NCBI GenBank assembly: GCA_016285515.1
Contig: JAEEQW010000006.1
Span: forward strand, 78 to 64,077
Reading direction: 5' to 3'
Origin: Bacteroidales bacterium
GTDB taxonomy: Bacteria; Bacteroidota; Bacteroidia; Bacteroidales; BM520
Length of the DNA stretch: 64,000 nt
Under the pieces are notes generated by a model. It was not told where the DNA came from, made no database searches, and saw nothing but the letters and a program-made list of their open reading frames with translations. Both the position numbers and the translations under genes were made by a program. Positions 1 to 9,304 of the stretch are shown piece after piece (positions within the stretch are counted from its first letter, which is position 1; every line of letters begins with the position of its first letter).

Positions 1-45
1 CTGCCGCTAGCGTTTATCCTGAGCCAGGATCAAACTCTTCATTGT
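1..45 (-). rRNA. rrs: 16S rRNA gene, extreme 5' end only (the gene runs off the left edge)
   Basis: The reverse complement of nt 1-40 is GAAGAGTTTGATCCTGGCTCAGGATAAACGCTAGCGGCAG. This is the universal 27F site AGAGTTTGATCCTGGCTCAG followed by a Bacteroidota-type GATnAACGCTAGC. The exact mature 5' end is uncertain. Confidence 0.9.
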
Positions 46-270
46 ATTATTTGTTTTTATTTATTTTCTCTGTCTCAAGGAATTGCTCTTTTACAGCCCC
101 GCTCGCCTTCACGGACAACATCTCGCCGTCCACTCGCCGCAGCACCTACCGGCACCGCAGCCGGCTCGCAGGACCTCTTCTCAAACCACTAGGTCTTCTA
201 TTTTGTGCTTCATTCTTTCAAAGAACTTCATCCGATTACGAAACTGTTTGTCTCGTTTCAAATGCGGGTG

Positions 271-278
271 CAAAAGTA
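271..278 (-). promoter_or_regulatory. Candidate Bacteroidetes -7 box (TACTTTTG) for the rRNA operon
   Basis: Plus-strand CAAAAGTA is TACTTTTG on the minus strand and matches TAnnTTTG. It lies about 230 nt upstream of the 16S 5' end. No clear -33 TTTG partner was seen. Confidence 0.3.
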
Positions 279-358
279 GTATAATTTTCGATAGTGGTAT
301 CACCTGCTATGAAAAAATCTTGTTAAAGAATGTTAAAATATAATTGTTTGGTTATCAG

Positions 359-1852
359 CTATTTATTTGAAAAAATAATGGTAATAATAGCTTGAATATC
401 CAAAATATTTATCACTCCATCACGGTTCACATCGGATTTCCCGATGCTAAAATGCTCAGGTGTTACGCCAATTATATAAGAACAAATCGAAATTATATCA
501 ATAACATCAACCGTACCGTCTTCATTTGCATCACCATAAAGGTAAAATTCATGCACACCTATATCTATTATATCGTCCAAAATTCTCGGATTGCCATAAA
601 AGTCGAATTCAGGAAGATGCAGACCTGTAGTATCCTGTGTTCCTCCATTGATTGCCGGACTTGAAGACTGAAGATGGCAGTCACCATTGGGCAAATCCAC
701 GAACAGCGGATCTTCATCGCTCATTTCTTCATACAACTGAAGAAATTGCTCATTATAAATCTTCTCACGTCCAAATTCAACGATACCATATCTGAACGAA
801 GGATGTGAATAAAGATCCCAGATGCAGATTTGTGAACTGTAAAGCGTATCGCCCGGTTTTTCTCCTGTGCTTTCCCATCGGTTACCCCAGAAAATACAGT
901 TGTTGAATACAGGATAGGCTTCCCCGAAGAACTGGACTCCACCGCCACCGCCGCCCCAACAGGTATTATTTACGACAACGAAGTTGTTTATAATTGGAGA
1001 GGAGATTGCACATGCCATACCTCCTCCATAATGCACGACATGATTGTTACGGAGAATTGCATTCGACATAACCACATTAAGATGACTGCTACGCTGGATC
1101 CCAATACCACCGGCATTTGTTGAATGATTGTTTTCAATCAAAGCTCTGTCAAGCACCACACTGCAACTGTCGAAATTAACGGCGCCGCCATAGCAGTTCG
1201 GACAGTCATTGTCATGAAAGTACATGTCCCTCATCTCAACATCACAATTGATAAAGAACATGCCACCACCATACATGTAAAGACTGACAGCCTCATCATA
1301 TATCCCAAGATTACCGTCAACCTCACAGTCATAAATATTAAAATTGGAATATTCGGCATACAATGCACCACCTTTAAATAATGTCAGATTGGATGTGAAC
1401 CTGCAATGTCCAATGGTGACATCTTCAACATTGGAAAACCTGACAGCACCGCCAAAATAAGGGTCCTCAATCATTTTGCCGTAGCTGAAATCGCAATATT
1501 CGAGCACAATAGGCCCGGTACACTCCGAAAAGGTGATGCCAGCCCATCCACCATCGAAACGATGTATATCATGAAAGTTAGTAGTATCTGTCACCGTAAA
1601 GACGATGTGGTTATATTCTGTTCCAACAGCAGACAAATCACCGCCTACGATTATCTTGAAATAACCGTCGAAAATCACCTTGGCTCCTTCAACTATAGTC
1701 AGCGACATACCTTTAGGTACAGTGACATCATCGACCACTAAAACTGTATCCGCATCCCATATACCTGACTGTTCTTCCGAAACTTCAATGGTCCGGGCGG
1801 AAATCACAATTGATAATAAGAATAATAACAGAAACGATAAAACTTTTTTCAT
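359..1852 (-). CDS. Secreted right-handed beta-helix (PbH1-repeat) protein with a C-terminal type-I dockerin
   Basis: The 497-aa ORF has an N-terminal signal peptide (MKKVLSFLLLFLLSIVISA). Its body has Gly/Asn-rich repeats typical of parallel beta-helix proteins (GGALYAE, GGGMFF, YGGAVNF, AGGIGI, YGGGMAC, WGGGGGGV). The C-terminus is a duplicated Ca-binding dockerin. Confidence 0.8.
   Translation of the reverse strand: MKKVLSFLLLFLLSIVISARTIEVSEEQSGIWDADTVLVVDDVTVPKGMSLTIVEGAKVIFDGYFKIIVGGDLSAVGTEYNHIVFTVTDTTNFHDIHRFDGGWAGITFSECTGPIVLEYCDFSYGKMIEDPYFGGAVRFSNVEDVTIGHCRFTSNLTLFKGGALYAEYSNFNIYDCEVDGNLGIYDEAVSLYMYGGGMFFINCDVEMRDMYFHDNDCPNCYGGAVNFDSCSVVLDRALIENNHSTNAGGIGIQRSSHLNVVMSNAILRNNHVVHYGGGMACAISSPIINNFVVVNNTCWGGGGGGVQFFGEAYPVFNNCIFWGNRWESTGEKPGDTLYSSQICIWDLYSHPSFRYGIVEFGREKIYNEQFLQLYEEMSDEDPLFVDLPNGDCHLQSSSPAINGGTQDTTGLHLPEFDFYGNPRILDDIIDIGVHEFYLYGDANEDGTVDVIDIISICSYIIGVTPEHFSIGKSDVNRDGVINILDIQAIITIIFSNK
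362..538 (-). other. Dockerin module (two F-hand-like Ca-binding segments)
   Basis: The sequence is YGDANEDGTVDVIDIISICSYIIG...SDVNRDGVINILDIQAIITIIF. It contains two DxNxDGxxxxxD loops, each followed by a helix, at the very C-terminus of the protein. Confidence 0.8.
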
Positions 1853-1857
1853 AGCCC

Positions 1858-2676
1858 TTATTTGTTTTTAATATATGTGTTTTTAAAAGAAGACACCTTT
1901 CCCACAGCAGATTTCAGAATATCATATTCATTGGTCGATTTTCTGATGCTTCCAGCATTTTTCTGAAAATAATTGACAAAGTCAACGAATTCATCCTCTG
2001 TCAGTCCATAATCATTGGTCATGACGTTTTTGAAGTCGGCAGAACGGATGTAATTATAAAAGGTTTCGGTACCTTTTTCAATTCTCTCAAGTTCTTCGAT
2101 TTTCTTTTCGGATTTGTTTTCATTGGAATTGAAAAGACCGCTGATAAAGCCTTTAATAGTAATACCCATTCCGAAATAGTCGAGTCCCTGGTTGTATGTT
2201 TCACGTTTCCATACAAGGTCCACATTGTCATCAAGTTTCACTTTCGGAATTTCCTGCGTACCCTTTTCAACACCTTGAACATCAACCTTCTCCTTTTTTT
2301 CCACAGGAAGAATAACAACAGACTGGGTAAGAGGAACCACGACTTCATGGAGGACATACACAACAGGTTTCAACTCAAATACCAGGACTTTATCGTAATA
2401 CTGACCGCAGGAAGCCACGTAAATGTCGCTTTTCCCATAATTTACTGATGAAAGATGAATTGTATCATTATCAGAAACATACAGTTCAAAATAACCGTTG
2501 AAATCCGAGACATCGGCATGATGTGAAGTGCTGTAAGCATGAACATCCCTTATTGGGTATCCGGTTTCAGAATCCTTCAGAATTCCACGGAAAACCTTAT
2601 AGTCCTGTGACCATAACATCATGGGCGCAAATAAAATAAAAAAGAATAATATCTTCTTATTCAGCAGCGTCATCAT
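1858..2676 (-). CDS. Carboxypeptidase-regulatory-like domain protein (function unknown)
   Basis: The 272-aa ORF has a signal peptide. A CarboxypepD_reg-like motif follows (FRGILKDSETGYPIRDVHAY...DFNGYFELYV). It overlaps the upstream gene by 20 nt, which suggests an operon. Confidence 0.65.
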   Translation of the reverse strand: MMTLLNKKILFFFILFAPMMLWSQDYKVFRGILKDSETGYPIRDVHAYSTSHHADVSDFNGYFELYVSDNDTIHLSSVNYGKSDIYVASCGQYYDKVLVFELKPVVYVLHEVVVPLTQSVVILPVEKKEKVDVQGVEKGTQEIPKVKLDDNVDLVWKRETYNQGLDYFGMGITIKGFISGLFNSNENKSEKKIEELERIEKGTETFYNYIRSADFKNVMTNDYGLTEDEFVDFVNYFQKNAGSIRKSTNEYDILKSAVGKVSSFKNTYIKNK

Positions 2677-3922
2677 CCACTAATTTATGAGCATAAATAT
2701 TGCCGTTTCTCAGAATCTCATCCTCATTTTCTACCTTTCTGTTTTCCATTAGCACCTTGCCGTTGCATATCACAGTATCGACATCGTTGCCATTGCCCGA
2801 ATAAACAATGTTGGAAATGAGATTGTAATTAGGTGTGAATGCGGGGGTATGCAAATCAAACAGCACAATATCAGCGAGATAACCTTCCTTGATGTCTCCA
2901 AGCTGCTTGTTCAGAATTATGCCACCGTTATGAGTTGCACACTTGAACATGTCAACCGCACTGCAGGCGGTAGGATCATCACGCCAGGCCTTTCCGATGA
3001 AAGACGCGACCTTCATAGTCTCAGTCATATCAAGGTTGTTTGAGGAGCTTACGCCATCAGTCCCCAAACCTACGGTAAGTCCCTTATCCTTCATCTCATG
3101 ATATTTGAAATGGTATCCTGATGCAAGTTTCAAATTGGAATTCGGATTATGGACTATCTTAACATCATTGTCAGCAAGCATCTGCATTTCCTCATCGTCA
3201 AGCCACAGACAATGGGCTATAATAAGACGAGGTGACAGAAGTCCGATTCTGTTGAGATATCTGACAGGCGTAACACCGTATTGTTTTTTGCAATTATCGC
3301 ATTCAAGGGGCGTTTCAGCCAAATGCATGTGAACAAGCAAGTCGTTGGCTTTGGAAAAATCCCTCAACCATTCAAGGATACGTGTTGAAACCGTATAGAC
3401 AGCATGGGGTGCAAGTGTGAAAGTTGTCAATTCCGTATTCTGATATTTGTTGAATGAACTTTCCACTTCATGGACTGTTTCATTGAAAGTCTTTGTGTGG
3501 TCGGAATCGAGGATGACTTTGCCCTGAAAGGAGCGAATACCCATTTCTTCAGCTGCTTCCCTACCGGCTGAGAGATTCCAATACATATCGTTGAAACAAG
3601 TCGTGCCGGTCTTTATCATCTCAAGACAGGCAAGTTTCATGGCATGATAGACTATTTCGCTGGTCAGCTTGGCTTCGTAAGGCCAAATCTTGTCTGACAG
3701 CCACGGTTCAAGTTCCATATCATCACCAAAACCTCTGAAAACTGTCATTGCAGCATGGGTGTGACAATTGACAAATCCTGGAACGGCGGCTTTTTCAGTA
3801 CCGTCTATAACTTTGTCAGCAACAACATTGATATTGGGAGCAATGGTTTTAATCTTATTGCCTTCAATCAGTATATCAGTTATATTATTGTACAATAATA
3901 CATTTTTGATAAGTATGCTCAT
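2657..3922 (-). CDS. mtaD: Amidohydrolase, 5'-methylthioadenosine/S-adenosylhomocysteine deaminase-like
   Basis: The 421-aa ORF has the metal-binding motif PGFVNCHTHAAMTVFRGFGDDMELEPWL, which is typical of MtaD/chlorohydrolase-type amidohydrolases. HMHLAET and a late GTDG motif are also present. Confidence 0.75.
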   Translation of the reverse strand: MSILIKNVLLYNNITDILIEGNKIKTIAPNINVVADKVIDGTEKAAVPGFVNCHTHAAMTVFRGFGDDMELEPWLSDKIWPYEAKLTSEIVYHAMKLACLEMIKTGTTCFNDMYWNLSAGREAAEEMGIRSFQGKVILDSDHTKTFNETVHEVESSFNKYQNTELTTFTLAPHAVYTVSTRILEWLRDFSKANDLLVHMHLAETPLECDNCKKQYGVTPVRYLNRIGLLSPRLIIAHCLWLDDEEMQMLADNDVKIVHNPNSNLKLASGYHFKYHEMKDKGLTVGLGTDGVSSSNNLDMTETMKVASFIGKAWRDDPTACSAVDMFKCATHNGGIILNKQLGDIKEGYLADIVLFDLHTPAFTPNYNLISNIVYSGNGNDVDTVICNGKVLMENRKVENEDEILRNGNIYAHKLVDDDAAE

Positions 3923-3925
3923 CTC

Positions 3926-6397
3926 TTAATATTTTACAGACAATTTTATATTAATAGCCCTACGAGTCAGATAATCAGGCACTCCACATTGATATCCTCT
4001 GATATCCGTCACCCATGTATATGAAATGGTATTGTATTTGTCAAGAACGTTCAGCACTTCGACTGTCAGCGACATGTCGCTTAATGCATCGAGGAAAGTG
4101 TGTGTTTTAACCTTATCGCTGACTATCTGCCAAGAAAGGCCGAGGTCGGCACGAAGATAGGAAGGATAACGGCGGGTATAGGACGATGAGAAAGGGCGCT
4201 TGTTTGGCGGCATTGCCGGCAGACCGGTGCCATACGTCAGATTAAGCTGCATTTTTATGTGAGGATAATTGGGGACGTAATCCTGCAAAAACAATGAAAA
4301 CATAAACCGCTGGTCAGTAGGACGCGGATAATAGTCACTGATGACATTTCCGACACTGTCGATTTGGCGTTCCATGGTTTTCATAAGTGAAACGCTGACC
4401 CAGGAATCGACTCCCTTTACCATTTCACCGGTTAATTTAACATCGATGCCGGTCGCATAACCTTCGGCAAGCATGTCGGGGTAATATTGAATCAGCACAT
4501 TATCAACAGTATATGGAATCAAATCATCCAAAAGCTTATAGTATGCTTCTGTTACAAACTTGAACGGGCGGTTCCAGATTCTGAGATTCCAATCGCATCC
4601 GGCGACAAAATGGATGGACTTCTGCGATTTAATATCGGTATGCAGGACACCATTTTCGTCTCGCATTTCACGATAGGAAGGCTGTTGGAAATAATAACCC
4701 GTTGAAAATCTGAAAAGCACATCCTTGCTCCATTTCTTCGGAATCAAAGAAAAAGTCAGACGCGGACTTACATCAAACTCCTTATTGACACTCAAATACG
4801 AAAATCTCAGTCCGTATGTAAGATTCATGTTGACCGAAGGAAGTTCAAACGACCACATATCCTGAGCGTATGCAGATGCCCTATGACAGTTAAGTGTGTT
4901 CTTCGCATTGGCTGAAGAATACATTGACAAAATGAATTCCGGCTGTTGTGAAGGGTCAGTAAAACCTATTGAGTCCGGTGTCGTTGGAATAGTATATCCC
5001 GCAGAATCAACGAGTTCCCATTCGCTCAGCACATCATAGACCGACTCATGACGATACTGGGCGCCAAAAGACAGATTATGATTACCATAAACAGTTGAAT
5101 ATTTGGCGTCTGCAGTATAGAATTGTGACTTATATCTATTGCGCGCATGTGACAGGAACGTACCGACACCCATGCTCTCGACCACATTGCCATAATCATC
5201 GGAACCCATATTGTTGTCGAGTTTCCCTATCCAATATTCACTCAACACATCATAATACTCGCTTTCAATGCTCTTATATCCCGAAAAAGTAAGACTTATA
5301 TTACTGATTTTCTGTGGCTTGTATAATAACGACAATGCCGCCATGCCATTTCTGAAGACATCGTTTTCATTACCTTCCATATACATATACATCCTGTACG
5401 ATTCCATAAGTGAACCAAAAGTGGTTTCTCTTGACTGCGGAACATAACTGTATTTGTTGCCGGAATAATTTCCGAGAAGGGAAATTTCCAATTTAGGGGA
5501 AACCGAATATGTCAGCAAAGTCTGAAAATCAGTGTAAGTCGGGTTATAATCACCTTTGGTATCCATAGTATTAATCAGATAAGCATTTGATTTATAACGG
5601 AATCCCACAAGATAGGTGAAGTTATCCAATTTATCTTCCACATGAATGGAGGAAGCCAGCAGACCTAAGGATAGAGAAGCGTGAAATTCGGTTGGTTTAC
5701 GATAGGTGATATCCAGTACTGACGACATCTTGTCGCCATATTTAGGTTCAAAACCGCCGGCAGAAAATGATATCGACGATACCAAGTCGGAATTGACGAA
5801 GCTCAATCCCTCCTGTTGTCCGGAGCGTGTAAGAAACGGCTTGAAGATTTCGATACCATTGACATATATGATGTTCTCGTCGAAATTACCGCCTCTGACA
5901 GAATACTGTGAACTCAGCTCATTGACGGATGAAACGCCGGGCAAAGTTTTTATCACCGCACCGATATCATTTGACGCATTTGGTATCATTAAGGCAGCCT
6001 TGGCATTAATGCGGTCGAACGTGGTGTTTCGGATGGTTTCGTCTTCAATGACAATAGTTTCCAGGTCTTGTGAAGAAACGACCATGTGAATATCGAATTT
6101 CCTTGATTCGCCGGGTTTCAATTTCACATTGATATAAGCGTTTTTATATCCGATGAAGGAAGCGACCACCTGAATGGTGGTGTCTGCGGGCAGTGACAGT
6201 TCATAATAGCCTTTTTCGTCAGTTGTAGTGCCCGTTGTACCATTTTCCACACACACCACATTGACAAGCTGAAGCGGTTTGCCATTGTCGGTAACCCTGC
6301 CGTAGATTGTGCCTTGTTGGGCCTGGAGACGGCAACACAAAAACAGGCACAGGAAAATCAAAGTGCAGAATATGCTATTTTTCAATCCATTCATCAT
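3926..6397 (-). CDS. TonB-dependent receptor-like outer-membrane protein with an N-terminal CarboxypepD_reg domain
   Basis: The 823-aa ORF has a signal peptide followed by QGTIYGRVTDNGKPL...DEKGYYEL. A plug-like region and a long beta-strand-rich barrel region follow. Confidence 0.75.
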   Translation of the reverse strand: MMNGLKNSIFCTLIFLCLFLCCRLQAQQGTIYGRVTDNGKPLQLVNVVCVENGTTGTTTDEKGYYELSLPADTTIQVVASFIGYKNAYINVKLKPGESRKFDIHMVVSSQDLETIVIEDETIRNTTFDRINAKAALMIPNASNDIGAVIKTLPGVSSVNELSSQYSVRGGNFDENIIYVNGIEIFKPFLTRSGQQEGLSFVNSDLVSSISFSAGGFEPKYGDKMSSVLDITYRKPTEFHASLSLGLLASSIHVEDKLDNFTYLVGFRYKSNAYLINTMDTKGDYNPTYTDFQTLLTYSVSPKLEISLLGNYSGNKYSYVPQSRETTFGSLMESYRMYMYMEGNENDVFRNGMAALSLLYKPQKISNISLTFSGYKSIESEYYDVLSEYWIGKLDNNMGSDDYGNVVESMGVGTFLSHARNRYKSQFYTADAKYSTVYGNHNLSFGAQYRHESVYDVLSEWELVDSAGYTIPTTPDSIGFTDPSQQPEFILSMYSSANAKNTLNCHRASAYAQDMWSFELPSVNMNLTYGLRFSYLSVNKEFDVSPRLTFSLIPKKWSKDVLFRFSTGYYFQQPSYREMRDENGVLHTDIKSQKSIHFVAGCDWNLRIWNRPFKFVTEAYYKLLDDLIPYTVDNVLIQYYPDMLAEGYATGIDVKLTGEMVKGVDSWVSVSLMKTMERQIDSVGNVISDYYPRPTDQRFMFSLFLQDYVPNYPHIKMQLNLTYGTGLPAMPPNKRPFSSSYTRRYPSYLRADLGLSWQIVSDKVKTHTFLDALSDMSLTVEVLNVLDKYNTISYTWVTDIRGYQCGVPDYLTRRAINIKLSVKY

Positions 6398-7121
6398 AGT
6401 CCCATCTTTGGATGTCCTTCTTCTTCTGTTCTTTCAAAGCCTTCTGCTCATCCTTGTCAACTTTGAAAGCGCCCGACTTCCATGCTTTGAAAAACTGCAT
6501 CCAGGCAAAGACATTCAACAAAGGATTGGTTGGAACAGAGCCCATCTTATAATATTTGTCGGTCTGTTGGTTTATGTAATACTTGTAATTGGCAGACCCG
6601 TCATTGGCATACAACTTATAAGCCGAACTCAGTCCCGCTTTTTCAAGATTCTTCAGTCCTATTGTTATGTCATCGTCAGGAATATCCATGTGAACAAAGG
6701 CATCAGCGAACTCTTCCTTCGAAGGCCACGGATAGATAACGGTTTCTTCGAGGAAAATAGTATCTCTAAACATCAATTGAAAAAGAGAATATCTGTCATT
6801 CCTTATTGTATCTGGAATCACATAAGTTGCAGGCTTAAAGCCAACGGACGTGAAATCAACAGTATCACCGCGTTGGGCAACAAAAGAAAAGAAACCGCCA
6901 AGGTCGGATATGGTACCGTACTTATATCCCGTCCGGCTGTTAGTCAGAATAATTGTCGCAAACGGAACAGCATTCAGACTGTCAGCCATTACCACGATTC
7001 CGGAAAACTGTATGAATGTTGAATCAACCCCCAACACCTTTTGCTGACATGAAGCGATATTTGTGACCGACATCAAAGTCAGAAATAAGGTGCAAAATAT
7101 TAACAGTCTTTTCTTCATCAT
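6375..7121 (-). CDS. Carboxypeptidase-like regulatory domain protein
   Basis: The 248-aa ORF has a signal peptide and then FSGIVVMADSLNAVPFATIILTNSRTGY..DLGGFFSF. It overlaps the downstream receptor gene by 23 nt. Confidence 0.6.
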   Translation of the reverse strand: MMKKRLLIFCTLFLTLMSVTNIASCQQKVLGVDSTFIQFSGIVVMADSLNAVPFATIILTNSRTGYKYGTISDLGGFFSFVAQRGDTVDFTSVGFKPATYVIPDTIRNDRYSLFQLMFRDTIFLEETVIYPWPSKEEFADAFVHMDIPDDDITIGLKNLEKAGLSSAYKLYANDGSANYKYYINQQTDKYYKMGSVPTNPLLNVFAWMQFFKAWKSGAFKVDKDEQKALKEQKKKDIQRWDYDEWIEK

Positions 7122-7202
7122 ATAAAAGGATAGAAATTACAAAAGTACAAAAAAATCCTCTAAAGCAGAGATTTTTTACTACTTTTGCAAAATTTTTGAT
7201 AA

Positions 7203-8615
7203 ATGAAAGAAGAAAAGATGAACTCTTTGCAGCAGAAGTTTGCAAAAAGTAAAGAAGAAGTTAATGAAGATTCCGCTAGTGATAGCCGAAACCATGAAGA
7301 AAGACGTGAACATTCACGCAGAAATGACACCATTTTGTCATCAGACGATTTCTCGATAGAGGAAAATGGTATTGAATACAAGCCAAAACGCAGATTCAAT
7401 AAAGAATACAGCCACACAAGACGCGACAAGCATTCGCGCCATTACAATAATGAAGAGCGTGAAGACAGACCACGCAGATATAACGATGATGAACGTTCTC
7501 GCAGATACCGCGATGATGATGACAACTACGGGCGTCCCCGCAGATATCATGATGATGATGAGCACAACGGCCGCAGGTCATTCTACAGCAGAAACGACAA
7601 TGAAAACCGTGAAGACAGCGATAACAGATACGGTCGCCGCTCCCGATACAACCATGATGAAAATGATGATGAACGCGGTAGAAGATTCAATAACCGTCAC
7701 CAGCGCAATAATCGCAATGAACACGAAGGGGAACGTAACGAAAACCGCAAAAGCAGATACAACGATCGCAGCAGCAGACCAAGACGTGACGGCGAAGACT
7801 TTAGAAACCGCCCTCAGCGTTTCAGCAGCGCACGCAAATACATCCATGATGATTCATCAGATGCCGAAAAGTTAAGCTATGGTCCAAAGGTAGCCAGAGA
7901 AGATGACGGTATGATACGTCTCAACAAATACATCTCTGATTCCGGCTACTGCTCAAGAAGAGAAGCCGATGACTTGATTTCATCAGGAAGCGTCAAAGTT
8001 AACGGCAAAGTGGTAGATGTTCTTGGCACCAAAATAAACAGGACCGACAAAGTGCAAATCGGCAATGAGACACTGCACAGCGAAAAGCTGAAATATCTGC
8101 TCCTCAACAAGCCAAAGGGTTATATAACCACAATGGATGACCCGCAAAAGCGCAATACTGTCCTGCAGCTTATCGATGACGCATGCAGGGAAAGACTATT
8201 CCCGGTAGGCCGTCTTGACAGAAAAACATCAGGACTGCTGCTCTTCACCAATGACGGGGAACTCGCCAATAAGCTTATGCATCCAAAAGGCAACATCTCC
8301 AAAGTATATCATGTCGTTCTCGACAAGTCTCTCACAAGAGCCGACTTAGAAACAATAGCAAACGGTATCGAACTTGAAGACGGCTACATAAAGGTTGACT
8401 CCATAGCATACGCTGACCCCAACGACAAAAAAGAAATAGGTGTTGAAATCCATTCGGGACGCAACCACATCGTGAGAAGAATCTTCGAATCTTTGGGCTA
8501 CACTGTGGTTAAACTTGACAGGACACTATATGCTGGTCTGACAAAAAAAGACCTCCCACGGGGTTCTTGGAGATTTCTAACCCAGCAGGAAGTCAATTTT
8601 CTGAAAATGTTATAA
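7203..8615 (+). CDS. rluB: 23S rRNA pseudouridine synthase, RsuA/RluB family, with a long charged N-terminal extension
   Basis: An S4 domain is present (IRLNKYISDSGYCSRREADDLISSGSVKVNGK). The catalytic motif is GRLDRKTSGLLLFTNDG. A TACTTTTG -7 box lies at 7180-7187. Confidence 0.85.
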   Translation: MKEEKMNSLQQKFAKSKEEVNEDSASDSRNHEERREHSRRNDTILSSDDFSIEENGIEYKPKRRFNKEYSHTRRDKHSRHYNNEEREDRPRRYNDDERSRRYRDDDDNYGRPRRYHDDDEHNGRRSFYSRNDNENREDSDNRYGRRSRYNHDENDDERGRRFNNRHQRNNRNEHEGERNENRKSRYNDRSSRPRRDGEDFRNRPQRFSSARKYIHDDSSDAEKLSYGPKVAREDDGMIRLNKYISDSGYCSRREADDLISSGSVKVNGKVVDVLGTKINRTDKVQIGNETLHSEKLKYLLLNKPKGYITTMDDPQKRNTVLQLIDDACRERLFPVGRLDRKTSGLLLFTNDGELANKLMHPKGNISKVYHVVLDKSLTRADLETIANGIELEDGYIKVDSIAYADPNDKKEIGVEIHSGRNHIVRRIFESLGYTVVKLDRTLYAGLTKKDLPRGSWRFLTQQEVNFLKML

Positions 8616-8630
8616 TTTGAAAAAATAAAT

Positions 8631-8638
8631 TATCTTTG
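8631..8638 (+). promoter_or_regulatory. -7 box TATCTTTG upstream of tRNA-Thr
   Basis: The sequence matches the Bacteroidetes TAnnTTTG consensus and lies 17 nt upstream of the tRNA 5' end. Confidence 0.45.
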
Positions 8639-8654
8639 CAGACGAAATAAAAAA

Positions 8655-8727
8655 GCCTTCTTAGCTCAGCTGGCAGAGCAATTCATTCGTAATGAATAGG
8701 TCTCCGGTTCGATCCCGGAAGAAGGCT
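8655..8727 (+). tRNA. tRNA-Thr (anticodon CGU)
   Basis: I folded the cloverleaf by hand. The acceptor stem is GCCTTCT/AGAAGGC. The anticodon stem is ATTCA/TGAAT with loop TTCGTAA. The T arm is TCCGG-TTCGATC-CCGGA. The discriminator is T. Confidence 0.9.
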
Positions 8728-8736
8728 CTTTCAATG

Positions 8737-9240
8737 TTACTTTTTCTCTGGAGCGGTTGAACTGCTCTTCTTTTCAGAACTGCGTGCTGAAGACGTGGCC
8801 TTAGTTGCAGTTGGCTCAGGCTTGTTAGTCGATGTTGAAGGAGCAGTAGTTATTGCGTTTTTATCCAATGATATTTTTTCTCCTTCCTTTACAATCGTAC
8901 CACCCATGCCAAGTTTCTTGACTTCCTTGAGAATATCGGCTTCCTTGATCTTTGCAGGGTCATATACCACTGTAATCAAATGAGTGCTGACATCTGCCTT
9001 GACATCCTGAACGCCTTTTACAAACGCCATATTCTTTTCAATCTTTGCCTTGCAGTTGTTGCAATCAATGTCGGCTTGAATGAGAACTGTCTTCTCTCCT
9101 TTTTTCACCTTAACATCCTTTGAAGGGGCGGCGGTGACGGTTTTAGCATTGGCAGAAGTCGTGCTGTTGCCATTACTTTGAGCATTTGCTGATATTGTGC
9201 ATGCCAAAACCATTGCAATAATTAAAAATAACTTTTTCAT
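8737..9240 (-). CDS. Heavy-metal-associated (HMA) domain protein, secreted
   Basis: The 167-aa ORF has a signal peptide. It has an HMA fold signature with a CNNC metal-binding motif (LIQADIDCNNCKAKIEKNMAFVKGVQDVKADV). The C-terminal tail is Ser/Thr/Lys-rich. Confidence 0.75.
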   Translation of the reverse strand: MKKLFLIIAMVLACTISANAQSNGNSTTSANAKTVTAAPSKDVKVKKGEKTVLIQADIDCNNCKAKIEKNMAFVKGVQDVKADVSTHLITVVYDPAKIKEADILKEVKKLGMGGTIVKEGEKISLDKNAITTAPSTSTNKPEPTATKATSSARSSEKKSSSTAPEKK

Positions 9241-9304
9241 CTTTTATTTTTTTTAGTTTAATAAATTCATACAAACTAAATAAATATGCAAAAATCAAGC
9301 CAGA

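Noticed and set aside
84-95. BoxA-like sequence TGCTCTTTTACA near the 16S gene
   Set aside because: It is on the plus strand, whereas the rRNA is transcribed from the minus strand. It therefore cannot act as a NusB/NusE antitermination boxA in the transcript.
42-343. Two overlapping plus-strand ORFs (80 and 86 aa) next to the 16S end
   Set aside because: They lie in the rRNA leader/promoter region. They have odd composition driven by the G+C-rich leader block and have no start context or recognisable motif. They are almost certainly non-coding.
7341-7875. Several 60-170-aa ORFs in alternative frames and strands (rich in His, Thr, Met or Ala)
   Set aside because: They are artefacts of the low-complexity purine-rich repeats that encode the RluB N-terminal tail.
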